The notes under the pieces were generated by a model. It was not told the origin of the DNA. It worked only from the letters and a program-made list of their open reading frames with translations, and ran no database searches. Both the position numbers and the translations under genes were made by a program. From Balamuthia mandrillaris (lineage: Eukaryota), in contig JAVKOQ020000027.1 in NCBI GenBank assembly GCA_031835245.2, forward strand, positions 1 to 64,000: a stretch of DNA of 64,000 nucleotides, in the 5' to 3' direction. Within the stretch, counting starts at the first letter, position 1. Each line of letters starts with the position of its first letter. This document shows positions 1 through 16,900 of the stretch, piece by piece.

Positions 1-153
1 AACCCTACTCAATATCATAACTATAGTTGAAAGTTACCAAAATGCCACCCAAAACTAACCAACATCTTACCCAGTCCAAGTCATAAACATCACAAATATC
101 CCTCCCATCAAAAATGCTTCTATTTACTAACCTTAAGCAAAGGTGTAGGAAAA

Positions 154-1509
154 ATGCGGAAAAATAGGACTCTGCCACGCAAGAGCACTGAATTGATTGA
201 CAGTCAGGAGAGGGAACAGGTCCTACGTCGATGGGTGGATCTGGCCATGAAGGAACGTCTTAGACTGGGGACCCTAAACGGTAATCGTTCGTGGAAGCCC
301 GCTTTGCAAGCTGTGCAATAAGAGGCAAAGATCCCCGAGTGTTTTGTCAAAGGGGACAAGCTAAATCAGTTTCTGGAGGAAGCGTTCAAGTTGGCGGTGG
401 AAAAGTATGGGCACCTGAACACTACCACAGTCAAGATTCCTTCTCCCAGGGTGAACCAAAAGGAGGAGGACGACAGAGGGGCAGAGGATCAGTGTAACTC
501 GGTAGCGGATTCGCCCCGCCGAGAGGAAGGGACAAGTGTTGTGCCCAAGGGGAAGATTGATTCGGACTCAGTCAGTGCAGCCGGCGTTAAGGAGCGAACC
601 AATAGTCAAGTGGCGCTGCTGTTTGATTGTATTAGCCGTGTTTCTCACGAGTGTGGTAAGCTCTCCGAGGCAGGCGTACTCTCACTCGCAGTGATTGTAC
701 GATTCAGGGACCTGATTGAATCCCTCGACAAGGAGATCAATAATCTTATGGTGGAAAAAGGAAGTGCAAATAGTACCAAAGGCGGCCTTACTCTGGGTTC
801 CCAACGGTCTTACGCGGAGGTGGTCGGATCCGCTCCGCGGTGTGATATGATTACTGCGGAAAGGAATTTCCCTCCAACGGCAACTACGGTCAGCGCGCCA
901 AGCTTGGAATACTGGAAGGAAGAAATGGCAAAGGAACAAGGGATATGTTGGCAGGATAACTCCAACATATACAGGAGGACGTGGACCAAAGATACAGTAA
1001 CCGACCCGAACTATTGGTCTACAGTAAAACCAAAGTATGGCTTTGCCAGTCCCTACTCCAAGGTAGGGGCGGTGGAGGGCAGATCGATTGTGGTGAGCGG
1101 TAAGGACCTTAAGAAGGAAAAGGTAAGTGAGAGGATCTTCGAGCTGGGGCTCAAGCACGTCGGAGTGTGGAAAGTAGGAGAGAAGAATGGCACGCAGCAT
1201 TGGGGAGTTACTTTGGAGCCGGCCCAGGCTGCCGAAGACATTATTGCGGAAAGAGCCAGGCTGTATGCTTTTACCCGCTGGTGGGTGGGCAAAGCCCGAA
1301 TTGAAGAAGCCAAGAATGAAGGTAAACCGCTGTGGAAGCCTAAAGAGCAAAGAAAGATGGAGAAGAAGAAGGAAAAGGAGGAGAATGTTGGAACAGTGGC
1401 CTTGGACAGCTCTTTGGAACTCTCAAGCATCGCGCTGGCTGAGGAGGTGTATCATGGTGCTGCCAACTGGTCTGACATTGTGGAGGAGGAAGGAGAGGAG
1501 ACCCAATGA
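154..1509 (+). pseudogene. LINE ORF1 (RRM-like segment near the C-terminus), interrupted by in-frame TAA at 319-321
   Basis: ATG 154 ([14 protein letters not shown]...) is in frame with the 391..1509 ORF, with a single TAA at 319-321. IVVSGKDL...[16 protein letters not shown] resembles an RRM fold (inference). Confidence 0.8.
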
Positions 1510-4500
1510 CTTCAGTAGCGTTTGTCAACTCTAGGGGCTGGGGACAAGAGGAATTGGTCAGCTGTTGGGCTGACAGTAAGCAATTTGACATTATTGGAGT
1601 GTGCGAACATAGGAGGATGGTTGCCCCTCGATTGGAGGGGTATCGGTGGATGGGTGGAGGGGCTGCTCCAGGGAGGAGTGGCTATGGAAGGGGTGGCGCA
1701 GGTTTCTTTGTTCGAGAGGGCTTCAAGGGGAACATCAGAGAAAGGAAAGAGTGGCGAACACCCAACTCCACTTGGGTGGAACTGGCGGGACAGGGTTGCA
1801 TCTTTATAATCGGTATAGTGTATCTCCCTCCAGGAGGTACCGTGGACAACTTTAAGGTCACCTTGGCTGCGATTGAGAAAAGAATCCTGGACGTGGTCAA
1901 GGAAGGAAGACCCCTGATTATTGGAGGTGATTGGACCGCCAGGGTTGGAAAGGGATGGAATGGTAGAGGTGAATCTACTTACAACACGAGAGGAAAGGTG
2001 TTGGTGGAGGCTTTCAAAAGGCTGGCCCTCTCGTTGCCTCAGCTCGAAGAGGAAGCGCCAGTATTTACATGGAGAGCTGGAAAACGAAAGAGCATTGTGG
2101 ACTATGTGGTAGCATGGAGATGGACGGGCAAGGTAGTTGGTGACAGATGGCAAGCTTGGACCGATCATCGACCACTGGTAGTCGAGTTGAAGGCCCCAGC
2201 AGATAATTGTGGCGGGGTTTGGATGGAACGATGGAAGTGGAAGTCCTACTCGGAGGAAGATCGCAAGAGGAGGTGGAGGGAGTACAAACGCGGGTGCAAG
2301 CGTTTCTTCAAAGGAGAGGAATGGAAGGCCATGGTCAAGAAAACCCGGGAGGGAACAGCTACTGTTGAAGATCTTTGGAGCAAGTGGAAAAAAGGATTGT
2401 GGGATTGTGCAATGAGATGGTTTGGTAGAGAAAGGAGACTGATAGGAGCAACAACGAGCAGGGCAAGGAAGCCATGGTGGACAGCAGAGTTAACATCCTT
2501 GAACAAGCAGGTAGCGATAGCCCATGCTCAGTGGCTAAGAGAAGGAAAGAATGATGGAAAGGCCAGAGAGGAATTTGTGGAACTCAGGAAAAGGTTTGTG
2601 AAGTTGTGGAGAGCCAACAAATGGGACTGGATGAAGTGGAAAAGACAAGAGAACATCAAGGAAATGCAGAAATGGATCGGCAACATGTGGAGGATAGTGG
2701 CAAAGCGTAGAGCAGAGCCCAAAGCAGTTAGGGCGCACCACGGTAGCACGGCAGCCTTCAAGGAACATTGGGCAAAGCTGGGAAGGAAGGATTCTTCCAT
2801 TGGGAGCTTGCATCGAGAGGAAGCAGGTCCAGAAGGACTGCCTTGGTCTGGTAGTAACTGGCTTAAGAAGGAGAGTTTTAATCTTGCATGGAGGAAAAGA
2901 TTGAGGGTGGGCAAAGCAGCTGGGGTGGACAATATTGATGGGGAAATGATGAAGTATGGAGGCAAACATGTGCAAGATGCAACTTGGCCGCTGATCAAGG
3001 TCATTGAGAACCAAGGCATATTCCCCAAGGAGTGGAAACAGGGGGTGGTTATTCCCTTGCATAAGGCAGGAGATCCCCAGAATCCAGCAAACTATAGAGG
3101 TATTACTCTCCTATGCAATGCAGCCAAGGTGTTTGAAGGAGCTATCTTGGTACATTTGAACATACAAGCAAGAGAGCAAGGGTGGATAAGTAATTGCCAG
3201 GGTGGATTTAGAAAAGGAAGGGGAGTCATGGATCAGGTGTGGCGGTTGAAGAAATGCCTGATGAAGAGAAGCAAAGAACGTACCTATATTGCTCTGATGG
3301 ATATCAGCAAGGCATATGACATGCTTGACCATGACATACTGGCAAGGACATTACGCAAAAGAGGAGCAGAAGAGGCAGCAGTGGGTATCATTACAGAGTG
3401 GTACCATGGTATGACGAGTGTTATTCGCATGAATGGGCAGCTTTCAGAGGAATTTCTGGTGGAAAGAGGAGTTAAGCAAGGAGGAGTTTTGTCTCCATTC
3501 TTGTTCAATGTATACATTGATGTGGTGGCAAGAAAGCTACAAGCTGCAGAGGAGAAGGAAAGAGGAGATAAAGCAAGGAATGTTTGCTTGTTGTTTGCAG
3601 ATGACTTGGCAGTGGTGGCCAGCGACCCATTTGAGCTTCAGAGAAGATTGAATGTAGCAGTGGAGGCAGTGAATGCTCTGGGACTTCAGTTCAATGCAAA
3701 GAAATCAGTGGTGCTAGTACAAGGAAAGAAGGCTCATTTTCAAGAGTGGAGACTGAAGGGGGAGGCTGGGAAACGGGTGAAGGAGGCCAAGTACCTGGGA
3801 CTGTGGTTTGAAGAAAGTGGGGAATGGACAACTCATGCCAAGGAGAGGATCACCAAGGCCAAGCAAGCCCTCTACAGCCTTAGGCAGCGGGGAGCCAATG
3901 CCCAAGGCCTTGGTACACGCACTGCCCAGATTGCTGCAGAGGCTATTGTCAAGTCTACCTTGTCATATGGATTATGTATGACAGAGCTTTCCAAATCATG
4001 GTGGAAGAAGATCGAAGCAGTGTGGAATGAGACAGCAAGAAGTGTATTGCAAGTTCATCGAAGGACTGTGGCGGGGGTTTGTAGAGCAGAATTGGGCTGG
4101 TTGACCATCAAGGCCTGCTGTGAGTTGGAAAGACAAGCAGTAATTCATCATGCTGAGAGGCAAGATGGCCACTTTGAGCTACTTGAAGAGGTAAGCCAAG
4201 CAAGTGAAGAGGAAGGGGAGAAGAATGAAGGTGAGGGAGGTGACGGAACGACAGTTGTTGAAAAGAAAGCCATGAGGATGAGGGCCTTAACTCGAGTAGC
4301 CAAGATGGAGTATGCAGCTGAAGGAGAAAGAGGAACAAGAGCATGGCTATGGCATAACTTCTTGACAAATGGAAGATGTTTGGTTGGACAACAACGGAGC
4401 TTAGTGATTACCAACCCAAGGAAAGAACGTTTGATGAATGCTATTCGCTGTGGTGGCCTGCCTATTGGAAAAAAGTGGGGATCCATTCAGCAGTCTGAGG

Positions 4501-4811
4501 TGGATAGCAAGTGCCCTGCATGTGATGCTGAGGAAGAAACAGCAGAACACTTCCTGTTAAGGTGTCCTAACCTTTGGGAAGATCGCTTTAGAATCTGGAG
4601 TGTGGACAATGGAAGTGAAGAACAAGTCAGAAAGCTGATTATTGAAGACTGTACAACAAAGCTCATGTCAAGTGGAAAGAAATGTAACAGAGCTCAAGAG
4701 ATGGAACAATGTAAGCAAAGTTGTAAACGAGTCTGGAGATTATGGGCAGCAAGAGCAAGTTGGAAGCATGGAAGTTCTTCTGCATTTTATCAGTCTTTGG
4801 AAGTAATGTAA
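1506..4811 (+). CDS. LINE ORF2: APE endonuclease + reverse transcriptase + C-terminal CCHC zinc finger
   Basis: 1101 aa. APE motifs (VNSRG, GVCEH, IIGGDW, IVDY, TDHRP), RT motifs ([40 protein letters not shown]) and CPAC...EHFLLRC. Confidence 0.96.
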   Translation: MTSVAFVNSRGWGQEELVSCWADSKQFDIIGVCEHRRMVAPRLEGYRWMGGGAAPGRSGYGRGGAGFFVREGFKGNIRERKEWRTPNSTWVELAGQGCIFIIGIVYLPPGGTVDNFKVTLAAIEKRILDVVKEGRPLIIGGDWTARVGKGWNGRGESTYNTRGKVLVEAFKRLALSLPQLEEEAPVFTWRAGKRKSIVDYVVAWRWTGKVVGDRWQAWTDHRPLVVELKAPADNCGGVWMERWKWKSYSEEDRKRRWREYKRGCKRFFKGEEWKAMVKKTREGTATVEDLWSKWKKGLWDCAMRWFGRERRLIGATTSRARKPWWTAELTSLNKQVAIAHAQWLREGKNDGKAREEFVELRKRFVKLWRANKWDWMKWKRQENIKEMQKWIGNMWRIVAKRRAEPKAVRAHHGSTAAFKEHWAKLGRKDSSIGSLHREEAGPEGLPWSGSNWLKKESFNLAWRKRLRVGKAAGVDNIDGEMMKYGGKHVQDATWPLIKVIENQGIFPKEWKQGVVIPLHKAGDPQNPANYRGITLLCNAAKVFEGAILVHLNIQAREQGWISNCQGGFRKGRGVMDQVWRLKKCLMKRSKERTYIALMDISKAYDMLDHDILARTLRKRGAEEAAVGIITEWYHGMTSVIRMNGQLSEEFLVERGVKQGGVLSPFLFNVYIDVVARKLQAAEEKERGDKARNVCLLFADDLAVVASDPFELQRRLNVAVEAVNALGLQFNAKKSVVLVQGKKAHFQEWRLKGEAGKRVKEAKYLGLWFEESGEWTTHAKERITKAKQALYSLRQRGANAQGLGTRTAQIAAEAIVKSTLSYGLCMTELSKSWWKKIEAVWNETARSVLQVHRRTVAGVCRAELGWLTIKACCELERQAVIHHAERQDGHFELLEEVSQASEEEGEKNEGEGGDGTTVVEKKAMRMRALTRVAKMEYAAEGERGTRAWLWHNFLTNGRCLVGQQRSLVITNPRKERLMNAIRCGGLPIGKKWGSIQQSEVDSKCPACDAEEETAEHFLLRCPNLWEDRFRIWSVDNGSEEQVRKLIIEDCTTKLMSSGKKCNRAQEMEQCKQSCKRVWRLWAARASWKHGSSSAFYQSLEVM

Positions 4812-5858
4812 GCAAGGAAAAGAGGAAAAAGGAAAGGGAAAGAAAAGGATAGCTAGATGATACAAAGTTGGTCTGAAATCTCATTAAACACCTTTCACTT
4901 GTGAATTGAGTAACAATTGGGAAGGCATTGAGGATGAGGGAGTAAGAAAAGTAAGAGTACACTATGTATGTACAAGGCTTACTTTTTATGTATAGATTGG
5001 TGTTGCTCTCAGAGCAAATAAACTTTTTATTACTACTACTACCTACCCAGCACTTTCAAGTTTTCCACTTGTTTGATGTGAGAAAATACTGATAAACTCA
5101 GAATTTTGGAAAAACTTGATTATGCACAGTAATATCTATAATGCAAATAATTATTTTTATTTTTTTTCTAGTTGTGTAGGAAAAGTTCTTCTTGAGTTTT
5201 ACCTTTTTGACACTGGGCTCAAACTACTTGATAGTCCCTTGAAGAATGACTTAAGTAGGCAGACAGTCCCTTTTCTCTCCCTCTCTCTTTTTCTCTCTCT
5301 TATTCTTTCTTCTCCCTTGTCTTCCAGTCTTGAACATGGGTTCTGAGCCGGTTCTGTTTTTGGGTGGTAAGTTGAGAAAGAGGAAGAAAGAAGTGAAAAG
5401 AGCTGTGGGTGAAGGGAGAGAGGGAGGAGAGGAAGAAAGTGAGGGAGAGGAAAAGAGAAAGGAGAGAGGGAGAGAAATGAGACCTTCTTTCTTTCATTCT
5501 ATTAAAGGTCTTCTCCACACCCATCCCTGGGAGTCACTCTTTGGTTGACTGTCAGGCCAATAATCATGATACTACTCTCCAAAATGCCTGGACCACAAGG
5601 AAACAAAGGTGACAAGAAGGAAGAATATGTGTGTAATGCTAACTAAAAGAAGAAAGGAGATAACGGAATAAAAGGAGGAAGGCTGGTGATATGACAGCAG
5701 CAATTAATGCACATCATGGATGTCAATAGGAAGAAAGGAAGTACTCAACACTTTGTTTAGAGCAAATTGTTCCAGGGCTCTCTGGCAAGGGAGTGTTTGT
5801 GATGAAAGCAATGTTGAGTTTTAACCCATTTTCATTCAGAAATTGAACAAGCAAAAAA

Positions 5859-10735
<4,877 letters not shown>

Positions 10736-10982
10736 TAGCTTGCTCGTTTTGGTCTTTCTTTTTCTGGTTTTTTTTAAAAGAAAAAAAAAACAACAGAGGA
10801 AAAACAACAAAAAAAACAGACAAAAAACAAAACTGAGCAGTGCGACTTGCAAAACGCAGAAAAACAGGTTGGTGGTTTCGTTTTTTTTTTTTTTTTCATT
10901 CTTGTAAACAAACAATGCAGCAAAAGAAAGATAGTGTGGAGCCCAACCATCAAGGCAAAAGGGAAAAAGAGTGTAAATGTAA

Positions 10983-13900
10983 CTACTTGCCCCTGCCTCT
11001 TTTTCGTTGCGCAATCCTTCGTGTTTTGCTTGTGTGGGTGGGCTCAGGAGAGCTCTCTGATTCATGAGCTTCTTGTTCATATTTGTGTTCTTGCTCTTCA
11101 CTGCTGAGTTGTTGCTGCATCGTGCCCTTCTTCTGAGCGCAGTAAAAGTCAGGAAAAAGTAAAGCAGAATGGTCCGAGTGCAATACATTCAAGTACCTTT
11201 GTATTCTTGCTTTTAACTGTTTTTTTGGGCTTTTTGGGATGGGAACCTTCAATGTGAGCAATTGTAGTGGTAGAGGGAGTCACCTTTCGTTTCCTGTCAG
11301 AGGGTTAGCCAAGCTACTTCTGATGAGGCGAAGGGAAACCTACCGCTTGGCTACACGTCGACTGGCAGCTATTTTTCCCGTTTCCATTTCTTCCTTTGCT
11401 TCTTTCTCTTTTACGCCTTCCTCCTCCTTCTCTTTCTCGCTCTCCTCCTCTTCCTCTTCCTCCTCTTCCTCTTCCTCCTCTTCCTCCTCTTCCTCACTAC
11501 TGGAATGTTCTTTAAGTGATAGCCCACGTTTAGCCTTTCTGTCAACAGATGTTCGGCGCTGTGTAGGCTTATTTTTAGAAGGATCCAAATAGGTATCTTC
11601 CTCCATTTTGTTCTATTGTGGTTTGTTAAACACTTGTTTGCCCATGGTGTATGCGGAAGCCAGCTTTCTTACCTTTTTGGCCCTTTTGGTGCTAGCGATC
11701 TGTTTGGCAGCAGCTACCTAGATGTTTCCATTCTAAGGTAAAGAAATTTTGTAGGTGCAAGGAAGGGAAAGGGTTTAAGTACCGGTGGTGTCTTTCTCTT
11801 GGGATTTTCAGCTAAGGAAGTATCAGTGCTCTGAGATATGTATGAGGAGCAAAGACAAGAACGTTGTTGATCGTAACACAAAGAGCAACAAAATGGAGAG
11901 AGAGAGAGAGAGAGGGTTTTTCACCTTCGCAGGCGCACTTTCGTAAATAAGTCTGTGTCTAGCACCAGTTGGCAAGGAAAAGTCCGCAGGTAGATACTTC
12001 CGATTTTGGTAGGAAAAATGCGGAAAAATAGGACTCTGCCACGCAAGAGCACTGAATTGATTGACAGTCAGGAGAGGGAACAGGTCCTACGTCGATGGGT
12101 GGATCTGGCCATGAAGGAACGTCTTAGACTGGGGACCCTAAACGGTAATCGTTCGTGGAAGCCCGCTTTGCAAGCTGTGCAATAAGAGGCAAAGATCCCC
12201 GAGTGTTTTGTCAAAGGGGACAAGCTAAATCAGTTTCTGGAGGAAGCGTTCAAGTTGGCGGTGGAAAAGTATGGGCACCTGAACACTACCACAGTCAAGA
12301 TTCCTTCTCCCAGGGTGCACCAAAAGGAGGAGGACGACAGAGGGGCAGAGGATCAGTGTAACTCGGTAGCGGATTCGCCCCGCCGAGAGGAAGGGACAAG
12401 TGTTGTGCCCAAGGGGAAGATTGATTCGGACTCAGGCAGTGCAGACGGCGTTAAGGAGCGAACCAATAGTCAAGTGGCGCTGCTGTTTGATTGTATTAGC
12501 CGTGTTTCTCACGAGTGTGGTAAGCTCTCCGAGGCAGGCGTACTCTCACTCGCAGTGATTGTACGATTCAGGGACCTGATTGAATCCCTCGACAAGGAGA
12601 TCAATAATCTTATGGTGGAAAAGGAAGTGCAAATAGTACCAAAGGCGGCCTTACTCTGGGTTCCCAACGGTCTTACGCGGAGGTGGTCGGATCAGCTCCG
12701 CGGTGTGATATGATTACTGCGGAAAGGAATTTCCCTCCAACGGCAACTACGGTCAGCGCGCCAAGCTTGGAATACTGGAAGGAAGAAATGGCAAAGGAAC
12801 AAGGGATATGTTGGCAGGATAACTCCAACATATACAGGAGGACGTGGACCAAAGATACAGTAACCGACCCGAACTATTGGTCTACAGTAAAACCAAAGTA
12901 TGGCTTTGCCAGTCCCTACTCCAAGGTAGGGGCGGTGGAGGGCAGATCGATTGGGGTGAGCGGTAAGGACCTTAAGAAGGAAAAGGTAAGTGAGAGGATC
13001 TTCGAGCTGGGGCTCAAGCACGTCGGAGTGTGGAAAGTAGGAGAGAAGAATGGCACGCAGCATTGGGGAGTTACTTTGGAGACGGCCCAGGCTGCCGAAG
13101 ACATTATTGCGGAAAGAGCCAGGCTGTATGGTTTTACCCGCTGGTGGGTGGGCAAAGCCCGAATTGAAGAAGCCAAGAATGAAGGTAAACCGCTGTGGAA
13201 GCCTAAAGAGCAAAGAAAGATGGAGAAGAAGAAGGAAAAGGAGGAGAATGTTGGAACAGTGGCCTTGGACAGCTCTTTGGAACTCTCAAGCATCGCGCTG
13301 GCGGAGGAGGAGTATCATGGTGCTGCCAACTGGTCTGACATTGTGGAGGAGGAAGGAGAGGAGACCCAATGACTTCAGTAGCGTTTGTCAACTCTAGGGG
13401 CTGGGGACAAGAGGAATTGGTCAGCTGTTGGGCTGACAGTAAGCAATTTGACATTATTGGAGTGTGCGAACATAGGAGGATGGTTGCCCCTCGATTGGTG
13501 GGGTATCGGTGGATGGGTGGAGGGGCTGCTCCAGGGAGGAGTGGCTATGGAAGGGGTGGCGCAGGTTTCTTTGTTCGAGAGGGCTTCAAGGGGAACATCG
13601 GAGAAAGGAAAGAGTGGCGAACACCCAACTCCACTTGGGTGGAACTGGCGGGACAGGGTTGCATCTTTATAATCGGTATAGTGTATCTCCCTCCAGGAGG
13701 TACCGTGGACAACTTTAAGGTCACCTTGGCTGCGATTGAGAAAAGAATCCTGGACGTGGTCAAGGAAGGAAGACCCCTGATTATTGGAGGGGATTGGAAC
13801 GCCAGGGTTGGAAAGGGATGGAATGGTAGAGGTGAATCTACTTACAACACGAGAGGAAAGGTGTTGGTGGAGGCTTTCAAAAGGCTGGCCCTCTCGTTGC

Positions 13901-16900
13901 CTCAGCTCGAAGAGGAAGCGCCAGTATTTACATGGAGAGCTGGAAAACGAAAGAGCATTGTGGACTATGTGGTAGCATGGAGATGGACGGGCAAGGTAGT
14001 TGGGGACAGATGGCAAGCTTGGACCGATCATCGACCACTGGTAGTCGAGTTGAAGGACCCAGCAGATAATTGTGGCGGGGTTTGGATGGAACGATGGAAG
14101 TGGAAGTCCTACTCGGAGGAAGATCGCAAGAGGAGGTGGAGGGAGTACAAACGCGGGTGCAAGCGTTTCTTCAAAGGAGAGGAATGGAAGGCCATGGTCA
14201 AGAAAACACGGGAGGGAACAGCTACTGTTGAAGATCTTTGGAGCAAGTGGAAAAAAGGATGGTGGGATTGTGCAATGAGATGGTTTGGTAGAGAAAGGAG
14301 ACTGATAGGAGCAACAACGAGCAGGGCAAGGAAGCCATGGTGGACAGCAGAGTTAACATCCTTGAACAAGCAGGTAGTGATAGCCCATGCTCAGTGGCTA
14401 AGAGAAGGAAAGAATGATGGAAAGGCCAGAGAGGAATTTGTGGAACTCAGGAAAAGGTTTGTGAAGTTGTGGAGCGCCAACAAATGGGACTGGATGAAGT
14501 GGAAAAGACAAGAGAACATCAAGGAAATGCAGAAATGGATCGGCAACATGTGGAGGATAGTGGCAAAGCGTAGAGCAGAGCCCAAAGCAGTTAGGGAGCA
14601 CCACGGTAGCACGGCAGCCTTCAAGGAACATTGGGCAAAGCTGGGAAGGAAGGATTCTTCCATTGGGAGCTTGCATCGAGAGGAAGCAGGTCCAGAAGGA
14701 CTGCCGTGGTCTGGTAGTAACTGGCTTAAGAAGGAGAGTTTTAATCTTGCATGGAGGAAAAGATTGAGGGTGGGCAAAGCAGCTGGGGTGGACAATATTG
14801 ATGGGGAAATGATGAAGTATGGAGGCAAACATGTGCAAGATGCAACTTGGCCGCTGATCAAGGTCATTGAGAACCAAGGCATATTCCCCAAGGAGTGGAA
14901 ACAGGGGGTGGTTATTCCCTTGCATAAGGCAGGAGATCCCCAGAATCCAGCAAACTATAGAGGTATTACTCTCCTATGCAATGCAGCCAAGGTGTTTGAA
15001 GGAGCTATCTTGGTACAATTTAACATACAAGCAAGAGAGCAAGGGTGGATAAGTAATTGCCAGGGTGGATTTAGAAAAGGAAGGGGAGTCATGGATCAGG
15101 TGTGGCGGTTGAAGAAATGCCTGATGAAGAGAAGCAAAGAACGTACCTATATTGCTCTGATGGATATCAGCAAGGCATATGACATGCTTGACCATGACAT
15201 ACTGGCAAGGACATTACGCAAAAGAGGAGCAGAAGAGGCAGCAGTGGGTATCATTACAGAGTGGTACCATGGTATGACGAGTGTTATTCGCATGAATGGG
15301 CAGCTTTCAGAGGAATTTCTGGGGGAAAGAGGAGTTAAGCAAGGAGGAGTTTTGTCTCCATTCTTGTTCAATGTATACATTGATGTGGTGGCAAGAAAGC
15401 TACAAGCTGCAGAGGAGAAGGAAAGAGGAGATAAAGCAAGGAATGTTTGCTTGTTGTTTGCAGATGACTTGGCAGTGGTGGCCAGCGACCCATTTGAGCT
15501 TCAGAGAAGATTGAATGTAGCAGTGGAGGCAGTGAATGCTCTGGGACTTCAGTTCAATGCAAAGAAATCAGTGGTGCTAGTACAAGGAAAGAAGGCTCAT
15601 TTTCAAGAGTGGAGACTGAAGGGGGAGGCTGTGAAACGGGTGAAGGAGGCCAAGTACCTGGGACTGTGGTTTGAAGAAAGTGGGGAATGGACAACTCATG
15701 CCAAGGAGAGGATCACCAAGGCCAAGCAAGCCCTCTACAGCCTTAGGCAGCGGGGAGCCATTGCCCAAGGCCTTGGTACACGCACTGCCCAGATTGCTGC
15801 AGAGGCTATTGTCAAGTCTACCTTGTCATATGGATTATGTATGACAGAGCTTTCCAAATCATGGTGGAAGAAGATCGAAGCAGTGTGGAATGAGACAGCA
15901 AGAAGTGTATTGCAAGTTCATCGAAGGCCTGTGGCGGGGGTTTGTAGAGCAGAATTGGGCTGGTTGACCATCAAGGCCTACTGTGAGTTGGAAAGACAAG
16001 CAGTAATTCATCATGCTGAGAGGCAAGATGGCCACTTTGAGCTACTTGAAGAGGTAAGCCAAGCAAGTGAAGAGGAAGGGGAGAAGAATGAAGGTGAGGG
16101 AGGTGCCGGAACGACAGTTGTTGAAAAGAAAGCCAAGAGGATGAGGGCCTTAACTCGAGTAGCCAAGATGGAGTATGCAGCTGAAGGAGAAAGAGGAACA
16201 AGAGCATGGCTATGGCATAACTTCTTGACAAATGGAAGATGTTTGGTTGGACAACAACGGTGCTTAGTGATTACCAACCCAAGGAAAGAACGTTTGATGA
16301 ATGCTATTCGCTGTGGTGGACTGCCTATTGGAAAAAAGTGGGGATCCATTCAGCAGTCTGAGGTGGATAGCAAGTGCCCTGCATGTGATGCTGAGGAAGA
16401 AACAGCAGAACACTTCCTGTTAAGGTGTCCTACCCTTTGGGAAGATCGCTTTAGAATCTGGAGTGTGGACAATGGAAGTGAAGAACAAGTCAGAAAGCTG
16501 ATTATTGAAGACTGTACAACAAAGCTCCTGTCAAGTGGAAAGAAATGTAACAGAGCTCAAGAGATGGAACAATGTAAGCAAAGTTGTAAACGAGTGTGGA
16601 GATTATGGGCAGCAAGAGCAAGTTGGAAGCATGGAAGTTCTTCTGCATTTTATCAGTCTTTGGAAGTAATGTAAGCAAGGAAAAGAGGAAAAAGGAAAGG
16701 GAAAGAAAAGGATAGCTAGATGATACAAAGTTGGTCTGAAATCTCATTCAACACCTTTCACTTGTGAATTGAGTAACAATTGGGAAGGCATTGAGGATGA
16801 GGGAGTAAGAAAAGTAAGAGTACACTATGTATGTACAAGGCTTACTTTTTATGTATAGATTGGTGTTGCTCTCAGAGCAAATAAACTTTTTATTACTACT

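Larger units (their letters stand above)
145..5043 (+). mobile_element. Full-length non-LTR retrotransposon (LINE, APE-RT-CCHC type), copy 1
   Basis: Near-identical to 12009-16905 and to 53970-58839 (reverse). Starts GTAGGAAAAATG, carries two ORFs, AATAAA at 5017-5022 and a (TAC)n tail at ~5031-5043. No TSD found. Confidence 0.95.

Noticed and set aside
682..4486. Antisense ORFs conserved across the LINE copies (222, 218, 175 aa etc.)
   Set aside because: They are shadows of the purine-rich sense ORFs. Conservation only reflects near-identity of the copies, and no motifs were seen.
5174..5184. GTGTAGGAAAA matching the LINE 5' end as a displaced TSD for copy 1
   Set aside because: It is 130 bp from the tail, and similar TGTAGGAAAA strings occur elsewhere (~9066, ~34382, ~48682), so it is likely chance.
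12400..16450. Excess T-to-G differences in LINE copy 2 as evidence of editing
   Set aside because: Most fall in GG-rich contexts (e.g. GGT to GGG), a known base-calling or polishing error pattern in repeats. They cannot be interpreted without reads.
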